The notes below the pieces were generated by a model. That model saw only the letters and a program-made list of their open reading frames with translations, had not been told where the DNA came from and made no database searches. This document shows positions 45,616 to 55,556 of a stretch of DNA of 64,000 nt, one piece after another; positions within the stretch are counted from its first letter, which is position 1; each line of letters opens with the position of its first letter. The DNA is taken from positions 9,824 to 73,823 of the forward strand of contig CAKZLU010000041.1 of the NCBI GenBank assembly GCA_937127245.1, given 5' to 3'. This DNA is from an uncultured Actinomycetes bacterium. GTDB taxonomy: Bacteria; Actinomycetota; Geothermincolia; Fen-727; JACVIW01. Position numbers and translations under genes: made by a program.

Positions 45616-47562
45616 ATGGCGGGTGAAGGTGTCTGGAAAACCGGTATAGATTTTATCCCAGAATCTCCCGGAGTGTACGTTTTTAAGGACGCCAAAGGCC
45701 GCGTAATATACGTTGGAAAGGCAAAATCCCTCAGGGACAGGTTAAAAGCGTACGTACAACCCGCGCAGCATTCCGATTACAAAGGCAGGGCTTTAAGGGA
45801 CCAGATCGATGGTTTTGAGGTCACGGTTTGCCCAAGCGAAGTCGAGGCTTTGATACTTGAAGCGGAGCTGATAAAGAAATATAAGCCGAGATTCAACGTT
45901 CTGTTACGCGACGACAAAAGCTACCCCTACATAGCCATAACCCTTTCAGAAAGATTCCCGAGGGCGATACTGACGCGTGGGCGAAAGGTGCCCGGTTATA
46001 AGTATTACGGACCCTACGTTAACGCTCAAGCGGCGCGTAGAACGCTGGCTTTGCTGCAAAGGGTTTTTCCCTTGAGACACTGCAAAGGCGCTCACCCCGG
46101 AGAAAGGGGGAGGTCTCCCTGTCTTTATTACGAGATGGAAATGTGCATGGGACCATGCAGGGGGGATATTGATAGGGATTCATACGCCCGTGAGGTTGGA
46201 TCGCTGTGTCAGTTTCTTGAAGGAAAACACCAGACTTTTTTGAAAAATCTCGAACTTGAAATGAAGCGGGCGGCTCAGAACATGGAATTTGAGAGGGCTG
46301 CAAGAATAAGAAATCAGATAGAGGCTGCGCGGAAAGTTCTTTCGCACGGAAACAGGTCTTCAACAGGTTTGGAGGATTATGATGTGATAGGTTACTCAAG
46401 AGATGAGCTTGAAGCGGCTTTTGTTGTTGCAAGGTATCGTTCCGGCGCGCACCTGGGCAATTTCTGCATGTACATCAAGTTGTCCACTGAAATAACCGAC
46501 AAAGAGCTCGTTACTGAATTCATTAAGAGGTATTACGCCGATTCCAGCTCGATACCGCCTCTTGTGGTGGTTTCCGTAAAACCTCAAGACGAGTCCGTTG
46601 AGGATTGGCTCTCCTCACTTAGGTCTTCCCGCGCGGAAATACGAGTCCCCTTGAGGGGAACCAAAAGGAAGAACCTTGCGCTGGCGTGTGAAAACGCTGC
46701 TCTCGCGCTTGAGAAGTCCAAGGCGGAGAGAATGTCTGACCGTGAAAATCTTGATAAGGCTTTAAAGGAATTAACACTTTTGCTCGGGCTTGGACGCTAC
46801 CCGTTGAGGATTGAATGTTACGACGTATCCACGATGATGGGTACCGCGTCTGTCGGATCAATGGTTGTATTCGAGGATGGTATCCCCAGGCGCTCTCACT
46901 ACAGGAAATTCAAGATAAAACATACCCCTGGAATAAATGACGTAGGCATGATGAGCGAAATACTCATGCGAAGGTTTAAAAGTCTTACAGAAGAACCGCG
47001 TAAAGGAGAAGAGAAAAGCAAGGTAGTCGATTCAAGTTTCGCCAGGAAACCAGACCTAGTTATTGTGGATGGCGGAAAAGGGCAACTCGGTGCGGCATTG
47101 AAGGTTTTTGAGAAAATTGGGCTCGCAGGTACGGAATTCGCGGCTCTGGCAAAAAGGCTTGAAGAGATTTACAGACCTGGTATTGATGAGCCCATAATCC
47201 TTCCGAGAAACTCAGAAGCTCTCTTCTTAGTTCAGAGGATCAGGGACGAGGCACACAGATTTGCTGTTTCTTATCATAAGAAACTCATGGAAAAGCGAAT
47301 CTCAGAGTCATGGCTGGACGATGTTGCCGGGGTGGGACCGGGTCGTAAGAGAAAACTGATTGAGCATTTTGGCTCACCATCAAAGGTGGCCGAGGCTTCT
47401 TTGGATGAGCTCAAGCGTGTGCCCGGCATACCTTCGAACGTTGCCAAGGCACTGCTTTCTGCCGCGCGTTCGCTACATAAATATGAAAGCAAAGAGAGCT
47501 CTGGAAGTAAGTTTCGCAGAACTGATTCACCTTGGAATGAAGCAAAGGATGAAGGTCATTAA
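45616..47562 (+). CDS. uvrC: Excinuclease ABC subunit C
   Basis: GIY-YIG (PGVY...YVGKA), Cys cluster, RIECYDVS, DGGKGQ, RDEAHRFA, HhH. Confidence 0.97.
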   Translation: MAGEGVWKTGIDFIPESPGVYVFKDAKGRVIYVGKAKSLRDRLKAYVQPAQHSDYKGRALRDQIDGFEVTVCPSEVEALILEAELIKKYKPRFNVLLRDDKSYPYIAITLSERFPRAILTRGRKVPGYKYYGPYVNAQAARRTLALLQRVFPLRHCKGAHPGERGRSPCLYYEMEMCMGPCRGDIDRDSYAREVGSLCQFLEGKHQTFLKNLELEMKRAAQNMEFERAARIRNQIEAARKVLSHGNRSSTGLEDYDVIGYSRDELEAAFVVARYRSGAHLGNFCMYIKLSTEITDKELVTEFIKRYYADSSSIPPLVVVSVKPQDESVEDWLSSLRSSRAEIRVPLRGTKRKNLALACENAALALEKSKAERMSDRENLDKALKELTLLLGLGRYPLRIECYDVSTMMGTASVGSMVVFEDGIPRRSHYRKFKIKHTPGINDVGMMSEILMRRFKSLTEEPRKGEEKSKVVDSSFARKPDLVIVDGGKGQLGAALKVFEKIGLAGTEFAALAKRLEEIYRPGIDEPIILPRNSEALFLVQRIRDEAHRFAVSYHKKLMEKRISESWLDDVAGVGPGRKRKLIEHFGSPSKVAEASLDELKRVPGIPSNVAKALLSAARSLHKYESKESSGSKFRRTDSPWNEAKDEGH

Positions 47563-48118
47563 CACGCCACATATCGGCGAGCTTGTTAATGTAACTTACG
47601 CCGTCGGAGAAATTTTATTTGAGGCTGTTTTCTCTTCGCGGGGAATTCGAATGCTTTATCCGAGAGGACCGTTACCGGTGAACTTGGAAATGAGAGCGAA
47701 TGCAATACCGGTGTCTTTTGAGATTCACAGAGCCGGATTTCCTGCCGAGCCTATGGGAACCCACATTCGACAGGTGGCCCGGTATCTCGGGATGCTGTTT
47801 AATTCGACCAAACCTGATTTGATTCCGCAATTTGACCTTTCAGGTCTTTCAAAAACCCAGGCGAGGGTTTTGACAAACACCCTGAAGATTCCTTTTGGCG
47901 AGACTCGAAGCTATTTTTGGCTTACAGAATTATCCGGCATACCTAAAGGATACAGGGCTATCGGTCGCTTGCTCGGTGGGAATCCAGTTCCTATTCTAAT
48001 ACCGTGCCATCGTGTCATAAGAGCGAACGGGGAGATTGGCGGGTACCGTCTCGGTGTTGATTTTAAAAAAACGCTTCTGGAACTTGAGCGAAAAGCATTA
48101 AAGAGGCAAGAATCTTAG
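47549..48118 (+). CDS. ogt: Methylated-DNA--protein-cysteine methyltransferase
   Basis: IPFGETRSY, RAIG...G.NP, IPCHRV active site; start chosen at ATG 47549 (track start 47360 overlaps uvrC). Confidence 0.88.
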   Translation: MKVINTPHIGELVNVTYAVGEILFEAVFSSRGIRMLYPRGPLPVNLEMRANAIPVSFEIHRAGFPAEPMGTHIRQVARYLGMLFNSTKPDLIPQFDLSGLSKTQARVLTNTLKIPFGETRSYFWLTELSGIPKGYRAIGRLLGGNPVPILIPCHRVIRANGEIGGYRLGVDFKKTLLELERKALKRQES

Positions 48119-48226
48119 AGATCCTCATCGCGGGTCTTGTTGCGCGCAGGTCAACGATATAAGAGACTTACTTGTAGTAGAGGGAATCTTAAGCGTTTCA
48201 GGTTTTTGAAAAACGGGGAAACGAAA

Positions 48227-49090
48227 ATGAAAGACGTGGTGATCATAACAGGCATGTCTGGCGCGGGGAAAACCCTTGCGCTTAAGTGTATGGAAGATAT
48301 CGGCTATTACGCGATAGACAATCTTCCCGCACCTCTTCTTGTGGATATGGTGAGCATGATGGAAGCAAATCCGGAAAAATTCGGGAAAATCGCCGCGGTA
48401 ATGGATGTTCGTGGGGGACGTTCCTTTGAAGAGCTTTTTGATTTACTCGAGGAACTGAAACGGAAAGGAATCGATTATTTCATTCTTTTTCTTGATGCCT
48501 CAGACGAAGTCCTGGTTAGGAGATTCTCTGAGACAAGAAGGATTCACCCTCTGGAAAGCGAGGGACTGAGAATCGCGGACACGATCTCTCGGGAGAGGGA
48601 GATACTCAAACGCCTGCACGAGAACGCCGATGTTGTTGTCGATACGTCGTATCTGAACGTTTATCAGCTTCGCGAGACGCTAAAAGGGATCATAACCTCC
48701 GACCGAAAAGGGGTGGGGATCTCGGTTACAGTTGTCTCCTTTGGCTATAAGTTTGGCATACCTCTCGATGCGGACATCATCATGGACTTAAGATTCCTTC
48801 CAAACCCATACTGGATTGAAGAATTGCAGGGTTTAAGTGGTCTTGATAAGAGGGTCGCCGATTATGTAACTAATTTTCCCGAGGCCAAGGATTTCACCCA
48901 ACGCTTCGCGGAAATACTTTTTGAGCTTTTGCCGCTGTACGCCAAAGAACACAAGCTGCATTTGAACGTTGGATTTGGGTGTACGGGGGGAAGGCATCGC
49001 TCGGTTGTGGTCGCCGAGGAGATCCGCAGGATTCTTGAAGAAAAGGGTTATAAAGTTAATGTGGTCCACAGAGACATTGACAGGAAATGA
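48227..49090 (+). CDS. rapZ: RNase adapter RapZ / YvcJ P-loop protein
   Basis: TGMSGAGK, IDNLP, RFSETRR.HPL, SFGYK.G.P, RFLPNP, GCTGGRHRSV. Confidence 0.95.
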   Translation: MKDVVIITGMSGAGKTLALKCMEDIGYYAIDNLPAPLLVDMVSMMEANPEKFGKIAAVMDVRGGRSFEELFDLLEELKRKGIDYFILFLDASDEVLVRRFSETRRIHPLESEGLRIADTISREREILKRLHENADVVVDTSYLNVYQLRETLKGIITSDRKGVGISVTVVSFGYKFGIPLDADIIMDLRFLPNPYWIEELQGLSGLDKRVADYVTNFPEAKDFTQRFAEILFELLPLYAKEHKLHLNVGFGCTGGRHRSVVVAEEIRRILEEKGYKVNVVHRDIDRK

Positions 49091-50022
49091 GCAGTGCTTC
49101 TTCGCTGGTCAAGGAAGAAATATCGAGGATTAACCCGCCGCGCAGGTGCTGTAAAACATCGGAGCTCTCCGCCCTTCTGCATATGGATGGTTCTTACCGC
49201 TTCGGAAGCGGCGGGCATGCGCTTATCACTGAGAGCAATGAGGTCTTCACTGCGAAAAAGATTCATTCCTTAATGCGGTCTTTGTTTAACTTGAGTGATA
49301 CCCCCGCCGTTGTGAAGCGCGAGTCCCCAAAACGCCGAAAAGTTTATGTGCTTGAGTTTCCGGAACAGACCGGATTCTTTCAGGCATTGAATGAGCTGGG
49401 CATTCTCGATCTCAGTCTTAGTCCCGAGCCATCCGTTCCGCAAAGAATAGTCAAAAGAGATTGCTGCGTGTCTGCCGCTTTGAGAGGGGCTTTTCTTGGT
49501 GGAGGATATTTAAGCGAGCCGTACAAACCAGCTGACCTGGAGATTACCTTTTCATCGGAGAATGCCGCTGACCTTTTCGCCGGACTTTTTCAAAGGAAGG
49601 GAATTAAGCCGGGCAAAAGGAACCGGAACGGCAGGTGGGTGCTCTATCTTAAGTCGAGAGGAAGTATTTCCGCTTTCCTTGCGGTGATAGGCGCCCACAG
49701 GTCCCATCTTGATTATGAAAGTCAGATTATCATGAACGCTACCCGCAGCGCGGTCAACAGAAGAGTCAATTGTGATTCCGCAAACGCCAGAAGGATTGCC
49801 GTATCTTCGCTCAAACAGCGCGAATCGATTCTTAAGTTGAAAAACACCGGGCAACTATTCAATCTTGAACCACTCCTTGTTCAACTTGCCGAAGCGAGGC
49901 TTGAAAATCCGCAAGCTTCGCTGGCAGAACTGGGGAAGATGATGCATCCATCTCTCACCAAATCAGCGGTTCAAAGAAAGATGCGGAAGATAATTCGTGT
50001 ATGCGAAAAAAACGCGCACTAA
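49087..50022 (+). CDS. whiA: DNA-binding protein WhiA
   Basis: LRGAFLGGG, YLK, NRRVNCD.AN, R.ENP.ASLAELG, KS.V. Confidence 0.93.
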   Translation: MSSASSLVKEEISRINPPRRCCKTSELSALLHMDGSYRFGSGGHALITESNEVFTAKKIHSLMRSLFNLSDTPAVVKRESPKRRKVYVLEFPEQTGFFQALNELGILDLSLSPEPSVPQRIVKRDCCVSAALRGAFLGGGYLSEPYKPADLEITFSSENAADLFAGLFQRKGIKPGKRNRNGRWVLYLKSRGSISAFLAVIGAHRSHLDYESQIIMNATRSAVNRRVNCDSANARRIAVSSLKQRESILKLKNTGQLFNLEPLLVQLAEARLENPQASLAELGKMMHPSLTKSAVQRKMRKIIRVCEKNAH

Positions 50023-50108
50023 CTTATTTTACGAGAAAGATTTTGCCTGAATTGTCATATAATAGGTGATGTTTAATCACAGCGAAATAGCCGAAAGGGG
50101 TGTGCGAA

Positions 50109-51107
50109 ATGCCAATAAGAATTGGAATAAACGGTTTCGGCAGGATTGGAAGGCTTGTGGCTCGAATTGCGCTTGCGGACCCTGAAATCGAACTTGTCGC
50201 CGTCAACGACCTTGCCGACGCAAAGACTCTCGCTCACCTTTTCAAATACGACTCGATTCACGGGGGTTATATCCAGGAGGTAAAAGCGGAAAACGACCAT
50301 ATAAATATCGGCGAAAAACGGGTAAAAGTTTTAAATGAGAAAGATCCCGGTTCTCTTCCCTGGAAAGACCTCGGGGTTTCAATAGCGGTTGAATCAACCG
50401 GAAGGTTCACAAAGAGAGATGCCGCTCAGAAACACCTTGACGCGGGTGCCGAGAGGGTCATAATCACCGCCCCAGCTACCGATCCGGACCTTACCGTGGT
50501 TATCGGAGTTAACGACGACCTCTTTGATCCAGAAAAGCACAAAATAATTTCAAACGCGTCGTGTACCACTAACTGCCTTGTGCCAGTAGTGAAGGTGTTG
50601 ATGGACAATTTTGGGGTGGAGCGAGGATTTATGACGACGATCCACGCGTACACCAACGACCAGTGTCTGCTCGATGCTCCGCACAAGGACCTGAGAAGGG
50701 CAAGGGCTGCGGCGATGTCCATAATACCCACAACAACAGGAGCCGCCCGCGCGACCGGACTTGTAATACCTGAACTGAAAGGCAAAATGGACGGGGTCGC
50801 TATGCGTGTGCCGGTGTCTAACGGATCTGTGGTTGATCTGGTTGCGATACTTGGCAGAGAGGTGACTGTGGAAGAGGTAAACAAAGCGGTAAAGGATGCC
50901 GCGGGGGGAGAGAGACTGAAAGGAATACTCGCCTACACAGAAGATCCAATCGTCAGCATCGATGTGGTCGGCAGCACGTACTCATCTGTCTTTGATGCCG
51001 CATCCACAATGGTTATGGGAAATCTCGTTAAGGTTGTGTCTTGGTACGATAACGAATGGGGCTATTCAAATAGAGTGGTTGACCTCATAAAAATAGTCGC
51101 CACATGA
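50109..51107 (+). CDS. gap: Glyceraldehyde-3-phosphate dehydrogenase type I
   Basis: GINGFGRIGR, SNASCTTNCL, WYDNEWGYS. Confidence 0.98.
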   Translation: MPIRIGINGFGRIGRLVARIALADPEIELVAVNDLADAKTLAHLFKYDSIHGGYIQEVKAENDHINIGEKRVKVLNEKDPGSLPWKDLGVSIAVESTGRFTKRDAAQKHLDAGAERVIITAPATDPDLTVVIGVNDDLFDPEKHKIISNASCTTNCLVPVVKVLMDNFGVERGFMTTIHAYTNDQCLLDAPHKDLRRARAAAMSIIPTTTGAARATGLVIPELKGKMDGVAMRVPVSNGSVVDLVAILGREVTVEEVNKAVKDAAGGERLKGILAYTEDPIVSIDVVGSTYSSVFDAASTMVMGNLVKVVSWYDNEWGYSNRVVDLIKIVAT

Positions 51108-51124
51108 TCAAGGGAGAGCCTAAG

Positions 51125-52315
51125 ATGGTAGTCTTAACAAAGAAAACACTCAGGGACATAGATGTCTCCGGAAAAAGGGTCATAGTGCGAGTCGATTTCA
51201 ATGTTCCCCTTGACAAAGACAGAAATGTCGTCGATGACACCAGGCTCAAGGGCGCGATACCCACTGTCCGTTACCTCCTCGAGCAGGAAGCGCATCCCAT
51301 ATTGATGTCCCACCTTGGTCGTCCGAAAGGTCAGGTCGTTGAAAGTCTGAGAATGGCGCCTGTTGGTAAGAGATTCGAAGAACTCATCTCATACCCTATG
51401 CTTACGCTGAAACAATGTATCGGTCTCCAAGTCAAGGAAGCAATCGAGCAGAATCCCGATAAAATAATCCTTATTGAAAACCTGCGCTTTCACCCGGGCG
51501 AAAGGGAGAACCTTCCCGACTTTGCAAAGATGCTTGCGGAACTTGGTGAGGTATATGTCAATGACGCCTTCGGGACCTCTCACCGCGCTCATGCCTCCAC
51601 CGTGGGAATAACCGCATACCTGCCCTCTGTGATGGGTTTCTTGATGGAAAAGGAGCTGCTCACACTGGGATCGCTTTTGGAAGAGCCAGAGCGCCCGTTC
51701 GTGGTCGTTCTTGGCGGCAACAAAGTTTCTGATAAGCTCGGAGTTATCGACAGTTTCATCGAGGTTGCTGATGTTGTTCTCACGGGCGGTGGCATGTGTT
51801 TCACTCTGCTCGAAAGCATGGGCCTTGAAACGGGGAACTCAATAGTTGAGGAGGACCAGATACAGCCCATTTCGGCAACGCTGAAGAAAGCAAGAAAGAA
51901 AGGCGTAAGAATAATGGTCCCCTCTGATTTAGTTGTCGCAGACAGGTTTGACAAGAACGCCAATCACAAAGTGGTGGCGGCGGAGAACATCCCGCCTGAC
52001 TGGATGGGGCTTGATATAGGGCCGGTGACGATTGAGAAGTACTGTTCAATCATAAAAGAAGCTAAGACTGTCTTCTGGAACGGTCCCATGGGGGTCTTCG
52101 AGTGGCCGGCATTCGCGAACGGGACTAAAAGAATAGCGGAGTGCATTGCGGAAGCGCCCGGTCTTACAGTGGTTGGCGGTGGGGATTCTGACGCTGCGAT
52201 AAAGCAATACCGTCTTGAGGACAAGATAGATTTCATCTCTACCGGTGGCGGAGCAGCCATGAGACTGCTTGAGGGAAAGAAGCTGCCCGCCGTTGAGGCG
52301 CTTGATGAGAAATAG
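51125..52315 (+). CDS. pgk: Phosphoglycerate kinase
   Basis: RVDFNVP, SHLGRPKG, NDAFGTSHRAHAS, WNGPMGVFE, STGGGA. Confidence 0.98.
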   Translation: MVVLTKKTLRDIDVSGKRVIVRVDFNVPLDKDRNVVDDTRLKGAIPTVRYLLEQEAHPILMSHLGRPKGQVVESLRMAPVGKRFEELISYPMLTLKQCIGLQVKEAIEQNPDKIILIENLRFHPGERENLPDFAKMLAELGEVYVNDAFGTSHRAHASTVGITAYLPSVMGFLMEKELLTLGSLLEEPERPFVVVLGGNKVSDKLGVIDSFIEVADVVLTGGGMCFTLLESMGLETGNSIVEEDQIQPISATLKKARKKGVRIMVPSDLVVADRFDKNANHKVVAAENIPPDWMGLDIGPVTIEKYCSIIKEAKTVFWNGPMGVFEWPAFANGTKRIAECIAEAPGLTVVGGGDSDAAIKQYRLEDKIDFISTGGGAAMRLLEGKKLPAVEALDEK

Positions 52316-52330
52316 TTATGGAGGGAGTCT

Positions 52331-53089
52331 TTGAGGAAAAAGATAATAGCCGGTAATTGGAAAATGAATCTCACCCCTGACCAGGCCTCTACCCTTGTTC
52401 GGGAAACCTGGGAGGAAATACAGGGTATAGACGGGGTGGACGTGGTTGTTTGTCCACCGTTTATTTGTATCCCTACTGTAAGAGAGATTCTCGATGAGTA
52501 TTCGATAAATATGCACCTGGGTGCTCAGAATATGCACTGGGAAGAATCCGGGGCTTACACGGGTGAGATATCGCCTGTGATGTTGAAATTTTACGGTGTT
52601 TCCCATGTGATCATAGGTCACTCCGAGAGAAGACAGTATTTTGGAGAGACAGACCAGGCGGTGAACAGGAAGGTCCTATCCGCTCTGTCCCACGACCTCA
52701 CGCCAATAATGTGCGTCGGCGAGAGTTTGAAGGAGAGAGATGACGGACACACGAAAGACGTGGTTGTCGCGCAGGTTAAGAGGGGCTTGTTCGAGGTCAT
52801 GAAAGATGTAGTGCGCAGAGTTGTAATCGCCTATGAGCCGATATGGGCGATAGGCACAGGAAAAGCTGCCTCTGCTGAGGACGCCCAGGAGGTCGCCTCA
52901 CTGATCAGAGAGGTCTTGTCAGAAATTTATGACGAGGACACCTCCCGGGAAATCAGAATTCAATACGGCGGGAGCGTGAGCCCCGAAAATATTTCCGATT
53001 TCATGTCCATGCCTGACATTGACGGCGCGCTGGTAGGCGGGGCGAGTATTAAGTCCGAGAGTTACGCTACGCTCGTGAGGTTGGCTTGA
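52331..53089 (+). CDS. tpiA: Triosephosphate isomerase
   Basis: AGNWKMN, GHSERR, AYEPIWAIGTG, YGGSV, LVGGAS. Confidence 0.98.
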   Translation: MRKKIIAGNWKMNLTPDQASTLVRETWEEIQGIDGVDVVVCPPFICIPTVREILDEYSINMHLGAQNMHWEESGAYTGEISPVMLKFYGVSHVIIGHSERRQYFGETDQAVNRKVLSALSHDLTPIMCVGESLKERDDGHTKDVVVAQVKRGLFEVMKDVVRRVVIAYEPIWAIGTGKAASAEDAQEVASLIREVLSEIYDEDTSREIRIQYGGSVSPENISDFMSMPDIDGALVGGASIKSESYATLVRLA

Positions 53090-54609
53090 GAACCCCGCGT
53101 CCTTTTTTGCTTGCGATACTTGATGGTTGGGGCGAGGCGCCGCCCTCAGAAGGGAACGCAATCGCCGCCGCTAATACCCCGACTATGGATACCCTCAAAA
53201 GCCAGTTTCCTTTCACGACGCTTGACGCCTCGAGCGAGGCGGTTGGGCTTCCGCCCGGACAGATGGGAAATTCCGAAGTGGGACACTTGAACATCGGTGC
53301 CGGCAGGGTTGTTTATCAGGACCTAATGAGGATAACAAACTCGATAAGGGCGGGTGAGTTTTTTAGAAACTCTGTCTTGTTGTCTGCGGTCGAGCACGCG
53401 CTTTCAACGGGCGGAACGCTCCATTTGTTGGGGCTACTTTCAGACGGCGGTGTTCACAGCCATATAGAGCATCTATTCGCTCTTATTGATCTTGCCGAAC
53501 AGATGGGTCTTGAAAGGGTCTGCACACACGCTTTTCTTGATGGTCGCGATGTGCCTCCCCGAAGTGCACTGAAATATGTGGAAATGCTCGAAGCAAAGAT
53601 TGGTCAGGACGGTCCCGGGTCAATAAGAACGATTCAGGGGCGTTACTATGCGATGGACAGGGATAACAGATGGGAAAGGACAAAGCTGGCCTATGACGCT
53701 ATCGTTCACGCGGTTGGTCCGGTTTCAGACTCAGCGAAAAGCGCAGTTCTTAAATCCTATGAGGATGGAATATACGACGAGTTACTCGTGCCTCGCGTAA
53801 TCGGTGAAAGAAAGCCGATGACCGCAAACGATTCGGTCATATTTTTCAATTTCCGTCCCGACCGTGCAAGACAACTCGTTCGCGCGCTTACCGATGTCAA
53901 ATTCGACAAATTTGACCGCGGAAATCCGCGGATGCTGCCGTTTCTCGTAACAATGACGGAGTACGACAGGAGGTTCAATCTGCCTTATGCTTTTCCGCCA
54001 GAGGAAATAAAATGTGTTCTTGCTGATGTCTTGGCGGCTTCCGGTTTAACTCAGCTTCACATAGCTGAAACGGAAAAATATGCGCACGTGACTTACTTTT
54101 TCAACGGAGGGGTTGAGGAGCCCAAACCCAATGAGGAAAGAATCTTGATACCTTCACCCAAAGTCTCAACCTATGACAAAAAACCCGAAATGAGCGCATT
54201 CGAAGTCGCGAAGGAAGCTGCGAAAAGGATAAGAAGCGGTAGATACGATTTTATTGTCCTGAACTTTGCCAACTGCGACATGGTAGGTCATACGGGGGAA
54301 TTCAATGCGGCCGTTCGCGCTGTGGAGGCGGTGGACAGCAGCCTTGGCATCGTTCTTAACGCGCTAAGTGAGGTCGGCGGAGCAGGATTCATCACCGCTG
54401 ACCATGGAAATGCAGAGATGATGCTCGATGGTGGTAAGACTTGCACCGCACATTCTTTGAGCAGGGTACCATTCATAAACCGAACGCCAGAAAAAAGGGC
54501 TCTCAGGGAAGACGGGAAGCTCGGCGACATCGCGCCCACCATTCTTGAATACATGAGGCTGCCGGTACCGGATGAGATGACAGGTCGCTCCCTTTTCATT
54601 CAGTCTTGA
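53086..54609 (+). CDS. gpmI: 2,3-bisphosphoglycerate-independent phosphoglycerate mutase
   Basis: LDGWG, QMGNSEVGH, DGRD, GRYYAMDRD, AETEKYAHVT, DMVGHTG, TADHGNAE. Confidence 0.98.
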   Translation: MRTPRPFLLAILDGWGEAPPSEGNAIAAANTPTMDTLKSQFPFTTLDASSEAVGLPPGQMGNSEVGHLNIGAGRVVYQDLMRITNSIRAGEFFRNSVLLSAVEHALSTGGTLHLLGLLSDGGVHSHIEHLFALIDLAEQMGLERVCTHAFLDGRDVPPRSALKYVEMLEAKIGQDGPGSIRTIQGRYYAMDRDNRWERTKLAYDAIVHAVGPVSDSAKSAVLKSYEDGIYDELLVPRVIGERKPMTANDSVIFFNFRPDRARQLVRALTDVKFDKFDRGNPRMLPFLVTMTEYDRRFNLPYAFPPEEIKCVLADVLAASGLTQLHIAETEKYAHVTYFFNGGVEEPKPNEERILIPSPKVSTYDKKPEMSAFEVAKEAAKRIRSGRYDFIVLNFANCDMVGHTGEFNAAVRAVEAVDSSLGIVLNALSEVGGAGFITADHGNAEMMLDGGKTCTAHSLSRVPFINRTPEKRALREDGKLGDIAPTILEYMRLPVPDEMTGRSLFIQS

Positions 54610-54634
54610 ATGCCGGTTGTCATTTCCTTACAAT
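54606..54634 (+). promoter_or_regulatory. secG promoter
   Basis: TTGAAT-17 nt-TACAAT. Confidence 0.55.
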
Positions 54635-54659
54635 AACCATCGAAAGGGTTGATTACAAA

Positions 54660-54902
54660 ATGAAAATATTGCAGATAATAGTTCTGGTGATTCACATATT
54701 TGCCGCTTTAGGTCTTATCATTGCGGTTCTGCTCCATTCCGGTCGGGGAGGTGGACTGTCCGGAGCATTTGGGGGCAGTTCGTCTTCCATGTTTTCAGGT
54801 TCCTATGTGGTTGAAAAAAATCTAGACCGAATCACCATAGTGCTGGGTATAGTATTCGCAATCACCACATTATTGCTTCTTTGGTTACTCGCGCCCAAAT
54901 AA
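54660..54902 (+). CDS. secG: Preprotein translocase subunit SecG
   Basis: VLLHSGRGGGLS..FGG, EKNLDRIT, two TM helices; ATG at 54660. Confidence 0.93.
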   Translation: MKILQIIVLVIHIFAALGLIIAVLLHSGRGGGLSGAFGGSSSSMFSGSYVVEKNLDRITIVLGIVFAITTLLLLWLLAPK

Positions 54903-54946
54903 GTAATTTTCTTCTCACGCATTACGGTAAGAGCCCGTATCCTTTA

Positions 54947-54975
54947 TTGAAATTGTCGCATGTTTTTGGTATTCT
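54947..54975 (+). promoter_or_regulatory. rimP-nusA operon promoter
   Basis: TTGAAA-17 nt-TATTCT with TG extension. Confidence 0.6.
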
Positions 54976-55000
54976 CATTTTGTAATTTGAGTTGCTCCCG

Positions 55001-55030
55001 AAAGAGTGGGCTGAAGCCCACTTTTTATTT
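55001..55030 (+). promoter_or_regulatory. rimP leader terminator hairpin
   Basis: AAAGAGTGGGC-TGAA-GCCCACTTTTT-ATTT upstream of rimP, matching the widespread GTGGG...CCCAC rimP-leader element. Confidence 0.75.
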
Positions 55031-55073
55031 CGCGGGATCGGTTTTGGTGAAAAAAGCTTGGGCAAAGGAAATC

Positions 55074-55535
55074 ATGGATAGTATTGTTGAAAGAATTGAA
55101 GAGACCATTTCGGATACCGTTAGGGGATTGAAGGTTAACGTTGTCGACATTGAGGTCGGAAAGTACGGTGGGAAAACTTACCTTAGAATTACTCTTGATC
55201 GGCCAGGGGGCATAACGGTTGACGATTGTGCGGTCGCAAGCGAACTAATAGGACAGGTGATAGACAGGGAAAACCTCATATCCGGTTCTTACGTGCTTGA
55301 GATAATGAGTCCAGGCGTAAACAGACCCCTGAAGAAAGCTCGGGACTTTGAGATGAGCGTGGGCAAAATAGCCAGGGTAAGAATTATCGAGCCCAGAGAT
55401 GGTAGAGATGTATTCCGCGGGGAGGTGACCTCTTTCGACGGAAACGTGCTTAGCATGGTTGTTGACGGGGAGAGAATGGAATTCGTCTTGGAAGAGATCG
55501 CGAGCGCGAGGCTCGACCCGGACCTCCCATGGTAG
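55074..55535 (+). CDS. rimP: Ribosome maturation factor RimP
   Basis: LRITLD..GGITVDDC, Y.LEI.SPG..RPL; SD AAGGA before ATG 55074. Confidence 0.93.
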   Translation: MDSIVERIEETISDTVRGLKVNVVDIEVGKYGGKTYLRITLDRPGGITVDDCAVASELIGQVIDRENLISGSYVLEIMSPGVNRPLKKARDFEMSVGKIARVRIIEPRDGRDVFRGEVTSFDGNVLSMVVDGERMEFVLEEIASARLDPDLPW

Positions 55536-55556
55536 TTTTGCAAGAGGGGATATGAG

